The notes beneath the pieces were generated by a model that worked only from the letters and a program-made list of their open reading frames with translations, had not been told where the DNA came from and ran no database searches. 64,000 nt of DNA from an uncultured Chroococcidiopsis sp. (GTDB lineage: Bacteria; Cyanobacteriota; Cyanobacteriia; Cyanobacteriales; Chroococcidiopsidaceae). The position numbers were made by a program, and so were the translations under genes. The DNA is taken from contig CAXTYC010000006.1 in NCBI GenBank assembly GCA_964248365.1, positions 96,001-160,000 on the forward strand, read 5' to 3'. How positions within the stretch are numbered: position 1 is the first letter of the stretch; each line of letters opens with the position of its first letter. Positions 11,070 to 20,458 of the stretch are shown one piece after another.

Positions 11070-11096
11070 TAAGTCCGTTGCAACGGGCTTTTTTTC
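11070..11096 (+). terminator. Rho-independent terminator after urtD
   Basis: AAGTCCGTT-GC-AACGGGCTT stem followed by a T-run. Confidence 0.7.
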
Positions 11097-11284
11097 ACCG
11101 AACCTTTGGCACAAAGGTTAATACCATTTAGGATTTTAGATTTTCGATTGGGAAAGGCAAGAGAGGCAAAGCTGCGATACAACTTCCAGGCGCAAGCTGG
11201 GTTAACGAGATAGTGCAAGTTGTGGTGTTAAGCACTACCTATGTTTGAGCAAAGGAAAATATATAGCAAATAATTCCCAATCCA

Positions 11285-11333
11285 TTGACATATTTCTCAA
11301 TTAAATTTACATTTATTTACATAATGTTACAAA
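11285..11333 (+). promoter_or_regulatory. psb34 promoter with three tandem HLR1 (RpaB) half-sites
   Basis: TTGACA (11285)-17 nt-TACATT (11308); TTTACATT-TA-TTTACATA-AT-GTTACAAA at 11306-11333 matches (G/T)TTACA(T/A)(T/A)-N2 repeats. Confidence 0.7.
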
Positions 11334-11344
11334 AAGAGATAAAC

Positions 11345-11515
11345 ATGAGATACACCACAGACGACCGAGGCGTTCTCAACAACTATGCAGCCGAACCCGC
11401 TGTTTACTTTGCCGAGTATCCATCCCAAGAGCAACAGCGCCGCTACGCTATTCAAGGCGCAGTAGCCATTATGTTTGTCACTGTGGCATTGTTAACCGCC
11501 TTTGCTGTCAGCTAG
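11345..11515 (+). CDS. psb34: Photosystem II assembly protein Psb34 (Ssl1498 family)
   Basis: MRYTTDDRGVLNNYAAEPAVYFAEYPSQEQQRRY plus one C-terminal TM helix ending AFAVS; 56 aa from ATG 11345. Confidence 0.85.
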   Translation: MRYTTDDRGVLNNYAAEPAVYFAEYPSQEQQRRYAIQGAVAIMFVTVALLTAFAVS

Positions 11516-11639
11516 TAAATACACATCTGTTACAAACTGTCAATCACTAGCCTAAGCTAGTTATTGCTGCATTTGGTGTTTTGCTAGATCATCTTTGGTA
11601 TCAATCGCTATTAAGTCTAGTCAACAAAGGATATATGTT

Positions 11640-11885
11640 ATGAAAACTGATTTTGATATTGCTCGTAGCTACATTTTGGCAGCATCTGCGCCAACTGTAT
11701 TTAAGCCAGAATTCAACACTTTTGCAACCATCACAGCTAATCAAGCTTGGTCTTTGTTCTTTACCGCTGGTCGTAACGATGCTGCACTAGGTTCTAACCC
11801 AGAGTTGGGGAAATTCTTAAATAACATCTTGAAAGCAGTTGTTTTAGCAGTTGTTTTGGCAGGCTTGGCATTTCACTACAGATAA
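11640..11885 (+). CDS. Small hypothetical membrane protein
   Basis: 81 aa ORF, AAGGA RBS, TANQAWSLFFTAG segment and C-terminal TM helix. Confidence 0.6.
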   Translation: MKTDFDIARSYILAASAPTVFKPEFNTFATITANQAWSLFFTAGRNDAALGSNPELGKFLNNILKAVVLAVVLAGLAFHYR

Positions 11886-11886
11886 A

Positions 11887-12058
11887 GGGGCTAGGGGCTA
11901 GGGGCTGGGGACTAGGAGAGAGATGGGGGATCTGGGGTAGCAAAGGGGATCTGGGGGGAAATTACCTTTTCCCTTTTTCCTTTTTCTAGCCTCTAGTTCC
12001 TCTGGTTCCTCTGGTTCCTCTGGTTCCTCTAGCAAGAGCGCCCCTAGCCTCCAGCCCC
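11887..12058. repeat. Composite palindromic STRR element, (GGGGCTA)n ... TAGCC(C/T)C arms
   Basis: Heptamer arms in inverted orientation with (GGTTCCTCT)n inside; lies between convergent genes. Confidence 0.8.
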
Positions 12059-12061
12059 TCA

Positions 12062-14281
12062 CTACCATTGGAAGCCTGCCTCGATTAGCGACTGTGCTGC
12101 TTGACAATCCAAAGGCTTGGAAAAGAAGTATCCCTGACCAAACTCGCATCCCAAGGCTTTGAGTTGAGAAAATTGCCCAGCTGTTTCCACGCCTTCAGCA
12201 ACCACATCCATGCCTAAATTATGTGCCAGGGTGTTGATTGTCCGCACAATTTCAAAGTTTTCAGGATCACAGTTCATCCGACCAACAAAATGGCTATCAA
12301 TTTTCAAAGTATTAATTGGAAAACGATGCAAATAACTCAAGGATGAATAGCCTTTGCCAAAATCATCGATGCTGAGCTGAATCTTCCTAGCTCTAATTTG
12401 CGAGAGCATATTAATTGTCGCTTCCGTATCGTTTAGAAGCATACTTTCAGTAATTTCTAGCTTCAGATAACTGCCATCTAAACCAGTTTCAGCCAGAATG
12501 GAATCAATTTGCTTAATTAGTTTTGGCTGTTTGATTTGTTGGCTAGCAAGATTCACACTAATTTTTAAATTTGCGGCTGAGGGTAACTTGAGTTGCCATT
12601 CACGCATTTGACGACAAGCCTGACGCAAAACCCATTCGCCAATTGGTACGATCAACCCTATATCTTCGGCAATAGATATGAATTCACCAGGAGAGACTAA
12701 ACCTCGACTGGGATGTTGCCAACGTATCAATGCCTCAAAGCCCGTCAGGAAGCCAGTTACCAATGAAATAATCGGTTGGTAGTGCAGCACAAACTCTTGA
12801 CATTCGATCGCTTGCCTTAGTTCACTTTCCAGAAGCAAAAGCTTTAGTGTCCGAGCATACATTTCCTGATCGAAAATCGCATAACGAGCCTTGCCAGCTT
12901 CTTTGGCGCAATACATGGCAATATCAGCGTTGCGTAGTAGCTCTGCTGGACGCTCATATGCTGTAGAACCTAGAACAATGCCAATGCTGGCACTAGTGAA
13001 AATGGTGTGCTCCTCAAGCTGCAACGGCAGCATTAATTCTGCCTGAATGCGCTCAGCAATCACGATCGCATCATTGATGTGGTTGATATCTTCTAGTAGA
13101 ATAGTAAACTCATCCCCGCCAAAACGAGCGATCGCATCGGTAGAGCGTAAACATCGCTGCATTAGCTGGGCAAACTTAATCAGCAGTTGATCTCCTACAA
13201 TGTGTCCCAGGCTATCATTAATAATCTTGAAGCGGTCAAGGTCGATGAATAGGACGGCAAATAAATAATTAGCATCACATTTAGCTTGCCCCAGTGCGAG
13301 TTCGATCCGCTCGATAAAAAAGGTGCGATTGGGTAAACCTGTCAGGACATCATGCAAGGCATCATGAATTAACTGTTCCTCTGTCCGCTTGCGCTCGGTG
13401 ATGTCATAAATAATGCTGTCTAATCGAGTGGCAACGCCGTTATCGTCATAAATCACATGAGAGCGATCGCTTACCCATCGTACTGCACCATCGGAATGTA
13501 AAATTCTGTACTCCTGATTAATTTTGCCTTGCGTAAGCAGAGTTTGAACCGATTTATCGACTTGTTCGCGGTCTTCTGGATGAACTACTTCTAACCACAG
13601 ATTTGGTTGCTCGAAAAACTCCCAAATCGGTCGTCCATAAACCTTTTGGGCAGCGGGATTAAGGTAAAGCAATTTAAAAGTTTTAGCACAAGCAGACCGA
13701 ACAACTTCTTCGAGAGAATCTAGAATACTTTCGAGTCTTGCCTCACTCTGTTGCAGCCAATGTTGTGTCTGTCTGCGTGAGGCAATTTCTTGCTGTAACT
13801 GTTGATTAGCAGCTGCTAGTTGGGCGGTGCGTTGTTGCACTCGTTGTTCAAGTTCTGCATTTAGCTGGCGAATTTCTGCCTTGGCTACTTGTAAGGCGAG
13901 TTGACTTTTAATCCGAACTAAAACCTCTTCCACCTGAAAGGGTTTTGTGATATAATCTACTCCACCAACTTCAAAAGCTCTGACTTTATCAAGCACATCA
14001 TCCAAGGCACTCATAAAAATTACTGGAATGTCACGGGTTGCTGGTGCAGCTTTTAGTTGTTGACAAACGTGATACCCATCCATGTCTGGCATTTTGACAT
14101 CCAGTAAAATTAAATCTGGCGGTGCAGCCATAGCTCCCCTCAATGCCATAGTGCCGTTCTTGGCGCACCTGACTCCATAACCCTGCTCAGCCAGAGTAGC
14201 GGACAGGACACGCAGGTTATCAGGTAAATCATCAACAATTAAAATCATCGCCACAGAGGTATTCACTCGATGCCCATTCAT
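12062..14281 (-). CDS. Response regulator diguanylate cyclase/phosphodiesterase (REC-PAS-GGDEF-EAL)
   Basis: ILIVDD...LLDVKMP receiver, VHPEDR PAS, intact GGDEF, FEAL and [11 protein letters not shown]. Confidence 0.92.
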   Translation of the reverse strand: MNGHRVNTSVAMILIVDDLPDNLRVLSATLAEQGYGVRCAKNGTMALRGAMAAPPDLILLDVKMPDMDGYHVCQQLKAAPATRDIPVIFMSALDDVLDKVRAFEVGGVDYITKPFQVEEVLVRIKSQLALQVAKAEIRQLNAELEQRVQQRTAQLAAANQQLQQEIASRRQTQHWLQQSEARLESILDSLEEVVRSACAKTFKLLYLNPAAQKVYGRPIWEFFEQPNLWLEVVHPEDREQVDKSVQTLLTQGKINQEYRILHSDGAVRWVSDRSHVIYDDNGVATRLDSIIYDITERKRTEEQLIHDALHDVLTGLPNRTFFIERIELALGQAKCDANYLFAVLFIDLDRFKIINDSLGHIVGDQLLIKFAQLMQRCLRSTDAIARFGGDEFTILLEDINHINDAIVIAERIQAELMLPLQLEEHTIFTSASIGIVLGSTAYERPAELLRNADIAMYCAKEAGKARYAIFDQEMYARTLKLLLLESELRQAIECQEFVLHYQPIISLVTGFLTGFEALIRWQHPSRGLVSPGEFISIAEDIGLIVPIGEWVLRQACRQMREWQLKLPSAANLKISVNLASQQIKQPKLIKQIDSILAETGLDGSYLKLEITESMLLNDTEATINMLSQIRARKIQLSIDDFGKGYSSLSYLHRFPINTLKIDSHFVGRMNCDPENFEIVRTINTLAHNLGMDVVAEGVETAGQFSQLKALGCEFGQGYFFSKPLDCQAAQSLIEAGFQW

Positions 14282-17067
14282 AAAGTGGTAGCCTCTTGAG
14301 CGAGATTCATGATCTGATCGAAATCAAAGTCGTTGACTTTATCTAACAGCGCTTTAGCCAAGGGGTTATTTTCTTCAGGTATTTGCGCTACAAGCTGAGA
14401 AATCATCTCGGCATCTAATCTCGCTGCTGCTTGATGTAGCTTTTCCACCCACTCATTCGGCATTGTTTGAAAGGATGAACTTTGAAGGAGAAAGGCACAA
14501 TTAGTTTTTTCATCCTTGAGACTTTCTACTTCATCGTTTTGCTCATAGATGTAACGTACCCCTAGATAGTTCGCCATCTTTTCAAACAGCACATTCTCTT
14601 GGAACGGCTTACGCATAAAATCGTCACAACCTGCTGACAGCACGATCGCTCGTTCCTCTTCAAAGGCACTTGCCGTTAGAGCAATAATCACCGTCGCCTG
14701 TCCTTTTAGATGGGATTTAATCTGTTGAGTTGCTTCATAGCCATTTAAGACTGGCATTCGCATATCCATCCAGATCAGGTGCGGTTCCCAGCTTTCCCAC
14801 CTTGCGATCGCCTCTTGACCGTTTTGAGCTTCCCGCACTTGGAAGCCAATAGATGTGAGCAGTTTAGTCAGCAATAAGCGATTTGCAGGGCGATCGTCAA
14901 CCACCAAGATGCGATATTCCGGTTGATCAGCCTCCAAACCAATCACTCGCCGAGTTTGTTTCTGAGTTTGAATATTACCTGCATCAGCCAGCTTAACCTT
15001 GATGTCAAATCGGAAGGTTGTTCCTTGCCCCAATTTACTGCTAACCTTGATGTCTCCTCCCATCAGCTGCACAAACTTGCGGCTTATTGGTAAACCTAAC
15101 CCTGTTCCTTGTTGAGATTTCCGCCCTGTTTCTGTTTGCACAAACGGTTCAAACAAGCTTTCCATTTCATCAGGTGCAATGCCAGAACCAGTATCTTCTA
15201 CCTCGAACAAGAGGGGTAAGGGGCATCGCACTGCCATGCTCGTACCAGTAAGTAAGCAGTCGGTTTCTTGCCTCTTGCCTACGCCCACGCGAAGTGTCAC
15301 GCCGCCTTCTTGAGTAAATTTGATTGCGTTGCCCAAAAGATTAATCAAAACCTGGCGTAATTTGCGTTCATCTGTGCGTACATATTGGGGAACTTCTGGA
15401 CTACGTTCAAATAACAACTGTAAGCCTTGAGATTCGGCTTTAAGCTGCAACATCTCTTCAATTGTGTCTAGCATGGAATAGAGGTCGAAGTCATTTTCAT
15501 TGGCTAAGATCCGACCTGCCTCAATTTTGGACATTTCCAAAACGTCATTAATTAAGGACAGCAAATGCTCACCACTGCGATTAATGATGCCCAGATTTTC
15601 CTGCTGTTCTTTTTTGAGAGATGAGTCACGATTCATTAGTTGAGTGAAGCCAAGGATCGCATTCAGGGGAGTGCGAAGTTCGTGACTCATATTTGCCAGA
15701 AATTCGCTTTTAGCCTGATTAGCAGTTTCAGCGGCTTGTTTTGCTGCACCCAGTTCGGCAGTGCGTTGTTCAACTCGGTTTTCTAATTGCTCGAATGACT
15801 CTTTTAGCTGTAACGCCATTTGATTAAAAGAGTGGGACAAAACTCCCAACTCTTTAACACCCTTGATTTCTACCTGTTGCTCTAAGTCACCTTTGGCGAT
15901 CGCCCCAGAAGCTCGATTTAATCGATGGATTGGTTGGATAATCCATCTGGAGGTGATCATTCCCAAGACAGTTGCCACCAACAAAGCCACTAGACTAAGA
16001 ATAATTGTTGTGTGGGTGTTGGCGTTGATTTGCGCCATGAAGTCTGATTCTGGGACAACAACAACCACTAACCAATCCAGACCGAGTTTGTCGTGCCAAG
16101 GTTCAACATGGACAAACTGACGCTCACCTTTGAGTTTAAAATCTAGTTCAAGGCTTTCCTTAATATTTTTAAAATTACTAAAATTTTGCTGCAAATACTG
16201 GGCTGTAGATTGTATTAAGGAGTCACTACTGTTTAAGACGTTCAGCCGCTGTGCTTTGTCATTCAGGATAGCAGATGATTTTTCGAGGCTAGAATTAGCT
16301 ATCATCAGCCCGTTACGTTCTACAATAAAAACTTTTCCTGACGGGCTAACTTTTAAGTCGCGCAAGAAATTACTTATCTTAGATAACAGTAGATCAACGC
16401 CGATTACACCTATCGATTGATGATTTTTATCATAAATAGGACGGTTTGCAGAGATAGACAAATATTTTCCCGTCTTCGTATCATTCCAGGTGTAAACTTG
16501 ACTCCAAATGGGTTTACCTGCTTTAAGTGTTTGTGTATACCAAGCTTCTGTTTTATAATTGTATTTATCATAAAAATATCTAACCTTAGTGGGGTTTCCC
16601 TGTTTATCGGTCGCATAGGTGTAGTTTTTCCCGCTTGCATCGCGTGAGATACTAATAGTGACATCGGCATCGCCCTCCAAATACCCAGAGCCAGCATATT
16701 CGCCTGTTGCTAGTCCATAGTTGATATAGCTAACATTAAATACCTGCATTTGTTTCCAGAAAAAATGCCCTGATCTTTGAAGGTTGTGTATGTCAAGCAG
16801 TCCTAGGTTGATAGCATCTATATTGATTTGATTAATTTGATGAGGGGCTGCCAGGTAGGAATCAAGATGCTGATCAACTTGTTTGCTAGCTTTGTTCATT
16901 AGCTGGTTGGCAAGGTCATTGACAGCTTGTTGTCCATTGCGTAATGAGAAATACCCAGTCAGTCCCACAGCTGCAAAGATTTGCACCACAAAGGGAACCA
17001 CAAGAATGAGGCGCAGTGGCATTCCTTTGTAGCTGTTGGCAGAGGGGCTGTGGGTTCTGGGTAACAT
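14278..17067 (-). CDS. Hybrid sensor histidine kinase (Cache-HAMP-HisKA-HATPase-REC)
   Basis: Two TM helices around a periplasmic domain; [31 protein letters not shown] overlap with the downstream gene. Confidence 0.92.
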   Translation of the reverse strand: MLPRTHSPSANSYKGMPLRLILVVPFVVQIFAAVGLTGYFSLRNGQQAVNDLANQLMNKASKQVDQHLDSYLAAPHQINQINIDAINLGLLDIHNLQRSGHFFWKQMQVFNVSYINYGLATGEYAGSGYLEGDADVTISISRDASGKNYTYATDKQGNPTKVRYFYDKYNYKTEAWYTQTLKAGKPIWSQVYTWNDTKTGKYLSISANRPIYDKNHQSIGVIGVDLLLSKISNFLRDLKVSPSGKVFIVERNGLMIANSSLEKSSAILNDKAQRLNVLNSSDSLIQSTAQYLQQNFSNFKNIKESLELDFKLKGERQFVHVEPWHDKLGLDWLVVVVVPESDFMAQINANTHTTIILSLVALLVATVLGMITSRWIIQPIHRLNRASGAIAKGDLEQQVEIKGVKELGVLSHSFNQMALQLKESFEQLENRVEQRTAELGAAKQAAETANQAKSEFLANMSHELRTPLNAILGFTQLMNRDSSLKKEQQENLGIINRSGEHLLSLINDVLEMSKIEAGRILANENDFDLYSMLDTIEEMLQLKAESQGLQLLFERSPEVPQYVRTDERKLRQVLINLLGNAIKFTQEGGVTLRVGVGKRQETDCLLTGTSMAVRCPLPLLFEVEDTGSGIAPDEMESLFEPFVQTETGRKSQQGTGLGLPISRKFVQLMGGDIKVSSKLGQGTTFRFDIKVKLADAGNIQTQKQTRRVIGLEADQPEYRILVVDDRPANRLLLTKLLTSIGFQVREAQNGQEAIARWESWEPHLIWMDMRMPVLNGYEATQQIKSHLKGQATVIIALTASAFEEERAIVLSAGCDDFMRKPFQENVLFEKMANYLGVRYIYEQNDEVESLKDEKTNCAFLLQSSSFQTMPNEWVEKLHQAAARLDAEMISQLVAQIPEENNPLAKALLDKVNDFDFDQIMNLAQEATTL

Positions 17068-17330
17068 ATTTGGTCTGAATCAACTCCTAGTTATTCATCT
17101 CAAACCACCGTCAAAATCTTGCTTGATGGTGTTACACTCATTACAATCTAGAGAATTGTTTTGTGGCATTAGAGATATTGCTGATCTTTGCTAAACTTTT
17201 TTGTGCAAGCTAGATGGTAACTACTAGAAACAGGCGATCGCACACTTTCTGGTATGGAAAATAACAGCGATCGCCGCCCAACGAGAATATAAAGGTAAGT
17301 TAAATCTAGATCTGCAAATAGCAAACTACT

Positions 17331-18032
17331 ATGCTGCAAGTCCAAAAATTAAATGTTTACTATGGCGAAAGTCATATTCTGCGCGATGTGGATCTGAATG
17401 TCGCTCAAGGACAAATGGTGTGCCTTATCGGACGCAATGGCGTGGGAAAAACGACTTTATTAAAGACAATTATGGGGTTAATTCAACCGCGTAGTGGCGC
17501 GATTGCTTTGGCTGGTGAACCGATAACTAAAAAATCCCCCGACAAAAGAGCAAAACTAGGCATTGGTTACGTTCCCCAAGGACGAGAAATTATCCCCCGC
17601 TTGAGTGTCAAGGAAAATTTATTGCTTGGGTTAGAAGCAAGACAAAAAGGGATTAAAGGGAATCAAGAAATTCCAGAAGGGGTTTTTGGGCTGTTTCCAG
17701 TCTTAAAATCAATGCTTTCGCGCATGGGAGGCGATTTAAGTGGAGGACAACAGCAACAACTGGCGATCGCTCGTGCTTTAATGGGACAACCCAGATTACT
17801 CGTATTAGACGAACCAACTGAAGGCATTCAACCTTCAATCATTTTAGAAATCGAGGCAGCAATTCGCAGCATTATTGCCTCAACTGGAATTTCAGTGCTA
17901 TTAGTAGAACAACACTTGCACTTTGTCCGCCAAGCAGACTGCTACTACGCGATGCAAAAAGGCGGTATCGTTGCTTCTGGTTTGACCAGTGAATTAAGCC
18001 AGGATGTAATTCAAAGATTTTTGGCAGTATGA
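17331..18032 (+). CDS. urtE: Urea ABC transporter ATP-binding protein
   Basis: YYGESHIL, GRNGVGKTT, YVPQGREI, LSGGQQQQLAIARAL, DEPTEGIQPSII. Confidence 0.92.
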   Translation: MLQVQKLNVYYGESHILRDVDLNVAQGQMVCLIGRNGVGKTTLLKTIMGLIQPRSGAIALAGEPITKKSPDKRAKLGIGYVPQGREIIPRLSVKENLLLGLEARQKGIKGNQEIPEGVFGLFPVLKSMLSRMGGDLSGGQQQQLAIARALMGQPRLLVLDEPTEGIQPSIILEIEAAIRSIIASTGISVLLVEQHLHFVRQADCYYAMQKGGIVASGLTSELSQDVIQRFLAV

Positions 18033-18035
18033 ATT

Positions 18036-18226
18036 GGGGGCTGGGGGCTAGGGGCTAGGGGCGAGTGTAAGAGGAGGGGGAGAGGGGGAAGCTCTTCACT
18101 CGCGTTGTGGGGATTAGAGGGCAAGGGGGAGAGTGGGAGAGGGGGAGAAGATGAGAAATCCTCTCTATTTGCTCTAGCCTCTAGCCTCTAGCCTCTAGCC
18201 TCTAGCCTCTAGCCCCTAGCCCCTAG
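18036..18226. repeat. Composite palindromic STRR element between urtE and trpE
   Basis: (GGGGCTA)n left arm and (TAGCCTC/TAGCCCC)n right arm. Confidence 0.85.
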
Positions 18227-18235
18227 TTCATATAT

Positions 18236-19768
18236 TCAACCTAGACAACGGATTGCTTCTAAAAGACCTTTGGCTTTGTTGAGGGTTTCCTCATATTCTT
18301 TTTCTGGGTCAGAATCGGCAACTAAACCAGCACCAGCTTGGACGCTAACGGTGTGATTGTGGAAAACCATTGTACGAATAGCGATCGCACTATTTAACTG
18401 TCCCTCAAAGTCATACCAGCCATAAACTCCAGAATACACCCCACGACGGCATTTTTCGAGTTCATAAATGATTTCCATTGCCCGAATTTTCGGTGCACCG
18501 CTGACAGTACCAGCTGGGAAGCAAGCTTTAAGTAAATCCCAAGCAGTTTTACCTGGGGCTAGTTCTCCCAGTACATTACTGACAATATGCATCACATGAG
18601 AATAGCGCTCGATCACCATTAATTCATCTACTTTTACCGTACCGCTTGTGCATACTCTACCCAAGTCATTACGACCTAAGTCAACTAGCATTACGTGTTC
18701 AGCAATTTCTTTGGGATCTTTGAGCAAATCCTCAGCCAGAGCTGCATCTTCTTGGGGTGTTTTACCTCTGGGGCGTGTCCCAGCAATGGGGCGCAAGGTA
18801 GCCACAACTCCACCATAGGAAGCGCGTTCTGCTTTTACCATCACTTCTGGACTGGAACCGATAATTTGCCAATCATTGAAGTGAAAATAAGCCATATAAG
18901 GCGAGGGGTTAATTAGTCGCAGCGAACGGTAAAGGGCAAAAGGGTCGCGGTCGTATTCGGTTGAGAGACGCTGGGAAAGGACAACTTGAAAGATGTCCCC
19001 AGCTTTTATGTATTCTTTTGCCTTTTGCACATTAGCGCAGAATTGTTCTTTGGTAACATTGCTGGTATAATTAGCCTGCGACTGTTGAGTTCCCCCCCCG
19101 CTCCCCCTGCTCTCTTCTGGGGAAGTCCATTCTAATACCGTATCTTGACTAGAAAGGGGTAGCTGTAGTTTGTTGACTAGTTTTGCAAGGCGATCGCAAG
19201 TTTGTTGGTATGCCTTTTCGATATCAACCCCAGTGTCACGTAAATCAGCATAGGCGATCGCCCAAATTTTTCGCTTTACCTGGTCAAAAATCAGCAACTG
19301 ATCTACTTGCATCCATAGTCCATCTGGTAAATCAGTTTCCGCCGCCTGATGCACTGGTACACGCGGTTCTATCCAGCGAATCAATTCATAACCCCAAAAC
19401 CCAAACAAACCGCCAATTCCAGGCGGTAGTTGGGGCAATTTCACCGGATGAAAGGGTTTTAGACACGAGGCTAAGGTTGTAAATGGGTCGCCTTCAAACA
19501 CTTCTTGCGAACCATCACGATAAGTTTGGGTAGTGCGATCGCCCCTTGCCTCCAAAATCCACAGCGGATCGCAACCAAGTATACTGTAACGTCCGATTTT
19601 CTCGCCGCCTTCTACCGATTCCAATAAAAAACTATAGGGCTGTCCGGCACAAACTTTGTACCATGCAGATACAGGAGTATCCAAATCTGCTACCCATTCT
19701 TGATATACCGGAACAAAATTACCCTGCCTAGCCCAAGCTGAAAATTGAGAAAAATCGGGGAAAATCAT
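18236..19768 (-). CDS. trpE: Anthranilate synthase component I
   Basis: FLLESVEGGE, GDIFQVVLSQR, NPSPYM, EHVMLVDLGRNDLGRV, PAGTVSGAPKIRAM; start MIFPDF at 19768. Confidence 0.95.
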   Translation of the reverse strand: MIFPDFSQFSAWARQGNFVPVYQEWVADLDTPVSAWYKVCAGQPYSFLLESVEGGEKIGRYSILGCDPLWILEARGDRTTQTYRDGSQEVFEGDPFTTLASCLKPFHPVKLPQLPPGIGGLFGFWGYELIRWIEPRVPVHQAAETDLPDGLWMQVDQLLIFDQVKRKIWAIAYADLRDTGVDIEKAYQQTCDRLAKLVNKLQLPLSSQDTVLEWTSPEESRGSGGGTQQSQANYTSNVTKEQFCANVQKAKEYIKAGDIFQVVLSQRLSTEYDRDPFALYRSLRLINPSPYMAYFHFNDWQIIGSSPEVMVKAERASYGGVVATLRPIAGTRPRGKTPQEDAALAEDLLKDPKEIAEHVMLVDLGRNDLGRVCTSGTVKVDELMVIERYSHVMHIVSNVLGELAPGKTAWDLLKACFPAGTVSGAPKIRAMEIIYELEKCRRGVYSGVYGWYDFEGQLNSAIAIRTMVFHNHTVSVQAGAGLVADSDPEKEYEETLNKAKGLLEAIRCLG

Positions 19769-19802
19769 AAACCAGATCTCAGGAGCCAGAATACAGAAGA
19801 CA

Positions 19803-19823
19803 GTAGGGTGGGCAATGCCCACC
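19803..19823 (+). repeat. GTAG-type REP-like palindrome GTAGGGTGGGCAATGCCCACC
   Basis: Near-identical copies at 30456-30476, 30720-30740 (inverted) and 34837-34857 (inverted). Confidence 0.8.
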
Positions 19824-19915
19824 TTACGCTTGAAAAATCTAGGAACAAGCGCTTTCATTAGTTAGGAGACACAGAACTAAAGACTAAACAATCCCTAGTC
19901 CTGCGCCCCTAGCCC

Positions 19916-20374
19916 CTAATTGCCCCCACTTATAGTGCCGCTATTAGTTTCAGATTCGTAAGTTGTACGACCGCTGAACTTCAACTTAGCAGGGGCTGGG
20001 TTTCTGCCGATGTTGCGGTCTACGTAATTTACTTTTTCACGACCTGCATTTACTTTTTCTGGGAAGACACCATCAGCGGGATGCAGGTACTGCACTTCTC
20101 CGTTGGGATAAATGCGATAAATTTTGTAGTCTGTAATTTTGAACTTCGCACGTAATTGCTGACCACCCAAAGCAATCCCATATTCTTTACGGGCTAGATA
20201 TAGCAGGTTTTTGCCTTGCCGCATGGTAGCAGCGCCACCAGTGGGCATTTCAAACACTTGCTCTTTGGGGCTAGTCCACGTAATTGCGTACATTTCCTCT
20301 CTAAATGCCTTGGTTAGCAAGCCGCCAGTGCTGCCACCAAATAAAGGAGTTTGTCCAGAAAGTTCTTCTGCCAT
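19916..20374 (-). CDS. psaD: Photosystem I subunit II PsaD
   Basis: [45 protein letters not shown]. Confidence 0.97.
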   Translation of the reverse strand: MAEELSGQTPLFGGSTGGLLTKAFREEMYAITWTSPKEQVFEMPTGGAATMRQGKNLLYLARKEYGIALGGQQLRAKFKITDYKIYRIYPNGEVQYLHPADGVFPEKVNAGREKVNYVDRNIGRNPAPAKLKFSGRTTYESETNSGTISGGN

Positions 20375-20401
20375 AAACAACTCACTCAAGGTTTTTAGGG
20401 C

Positions 20402-20455
20402 ATCGTAGCACTGAGACTGCGCTCCTACAGCTACTGTGTTAAAAACCGTTACAGT
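20402..20455 (-). promoter_or_regulatory. psaD promoter with upstream HLR1-like site
   Basis: -10-like TACGAT on the minus strand (20402-20407); GTTAAAAA-CC-GTTACAGT direct repeat at 20438-20455. Confidence 0.5.
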
Positions 20456-20458
20456 TCG

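Noticed and set aside
11898..12149. 83-aa ORF, and similar ORFs at 27051-27305, 40266-40490, 45780-45977, 59854-60133 and 24543-24725
   Set aside because: Translations of STRR tracts (EEPEEP, FPFPL, QRTKDK) with no coding signal
19916..20374. PsaD with RKEYGIALG in place of RKEQCLALG, plus a short C-terminal extension
   Set aside because: I recall this variant from Nostoc-type PsaD, so it is unlikely to be novel
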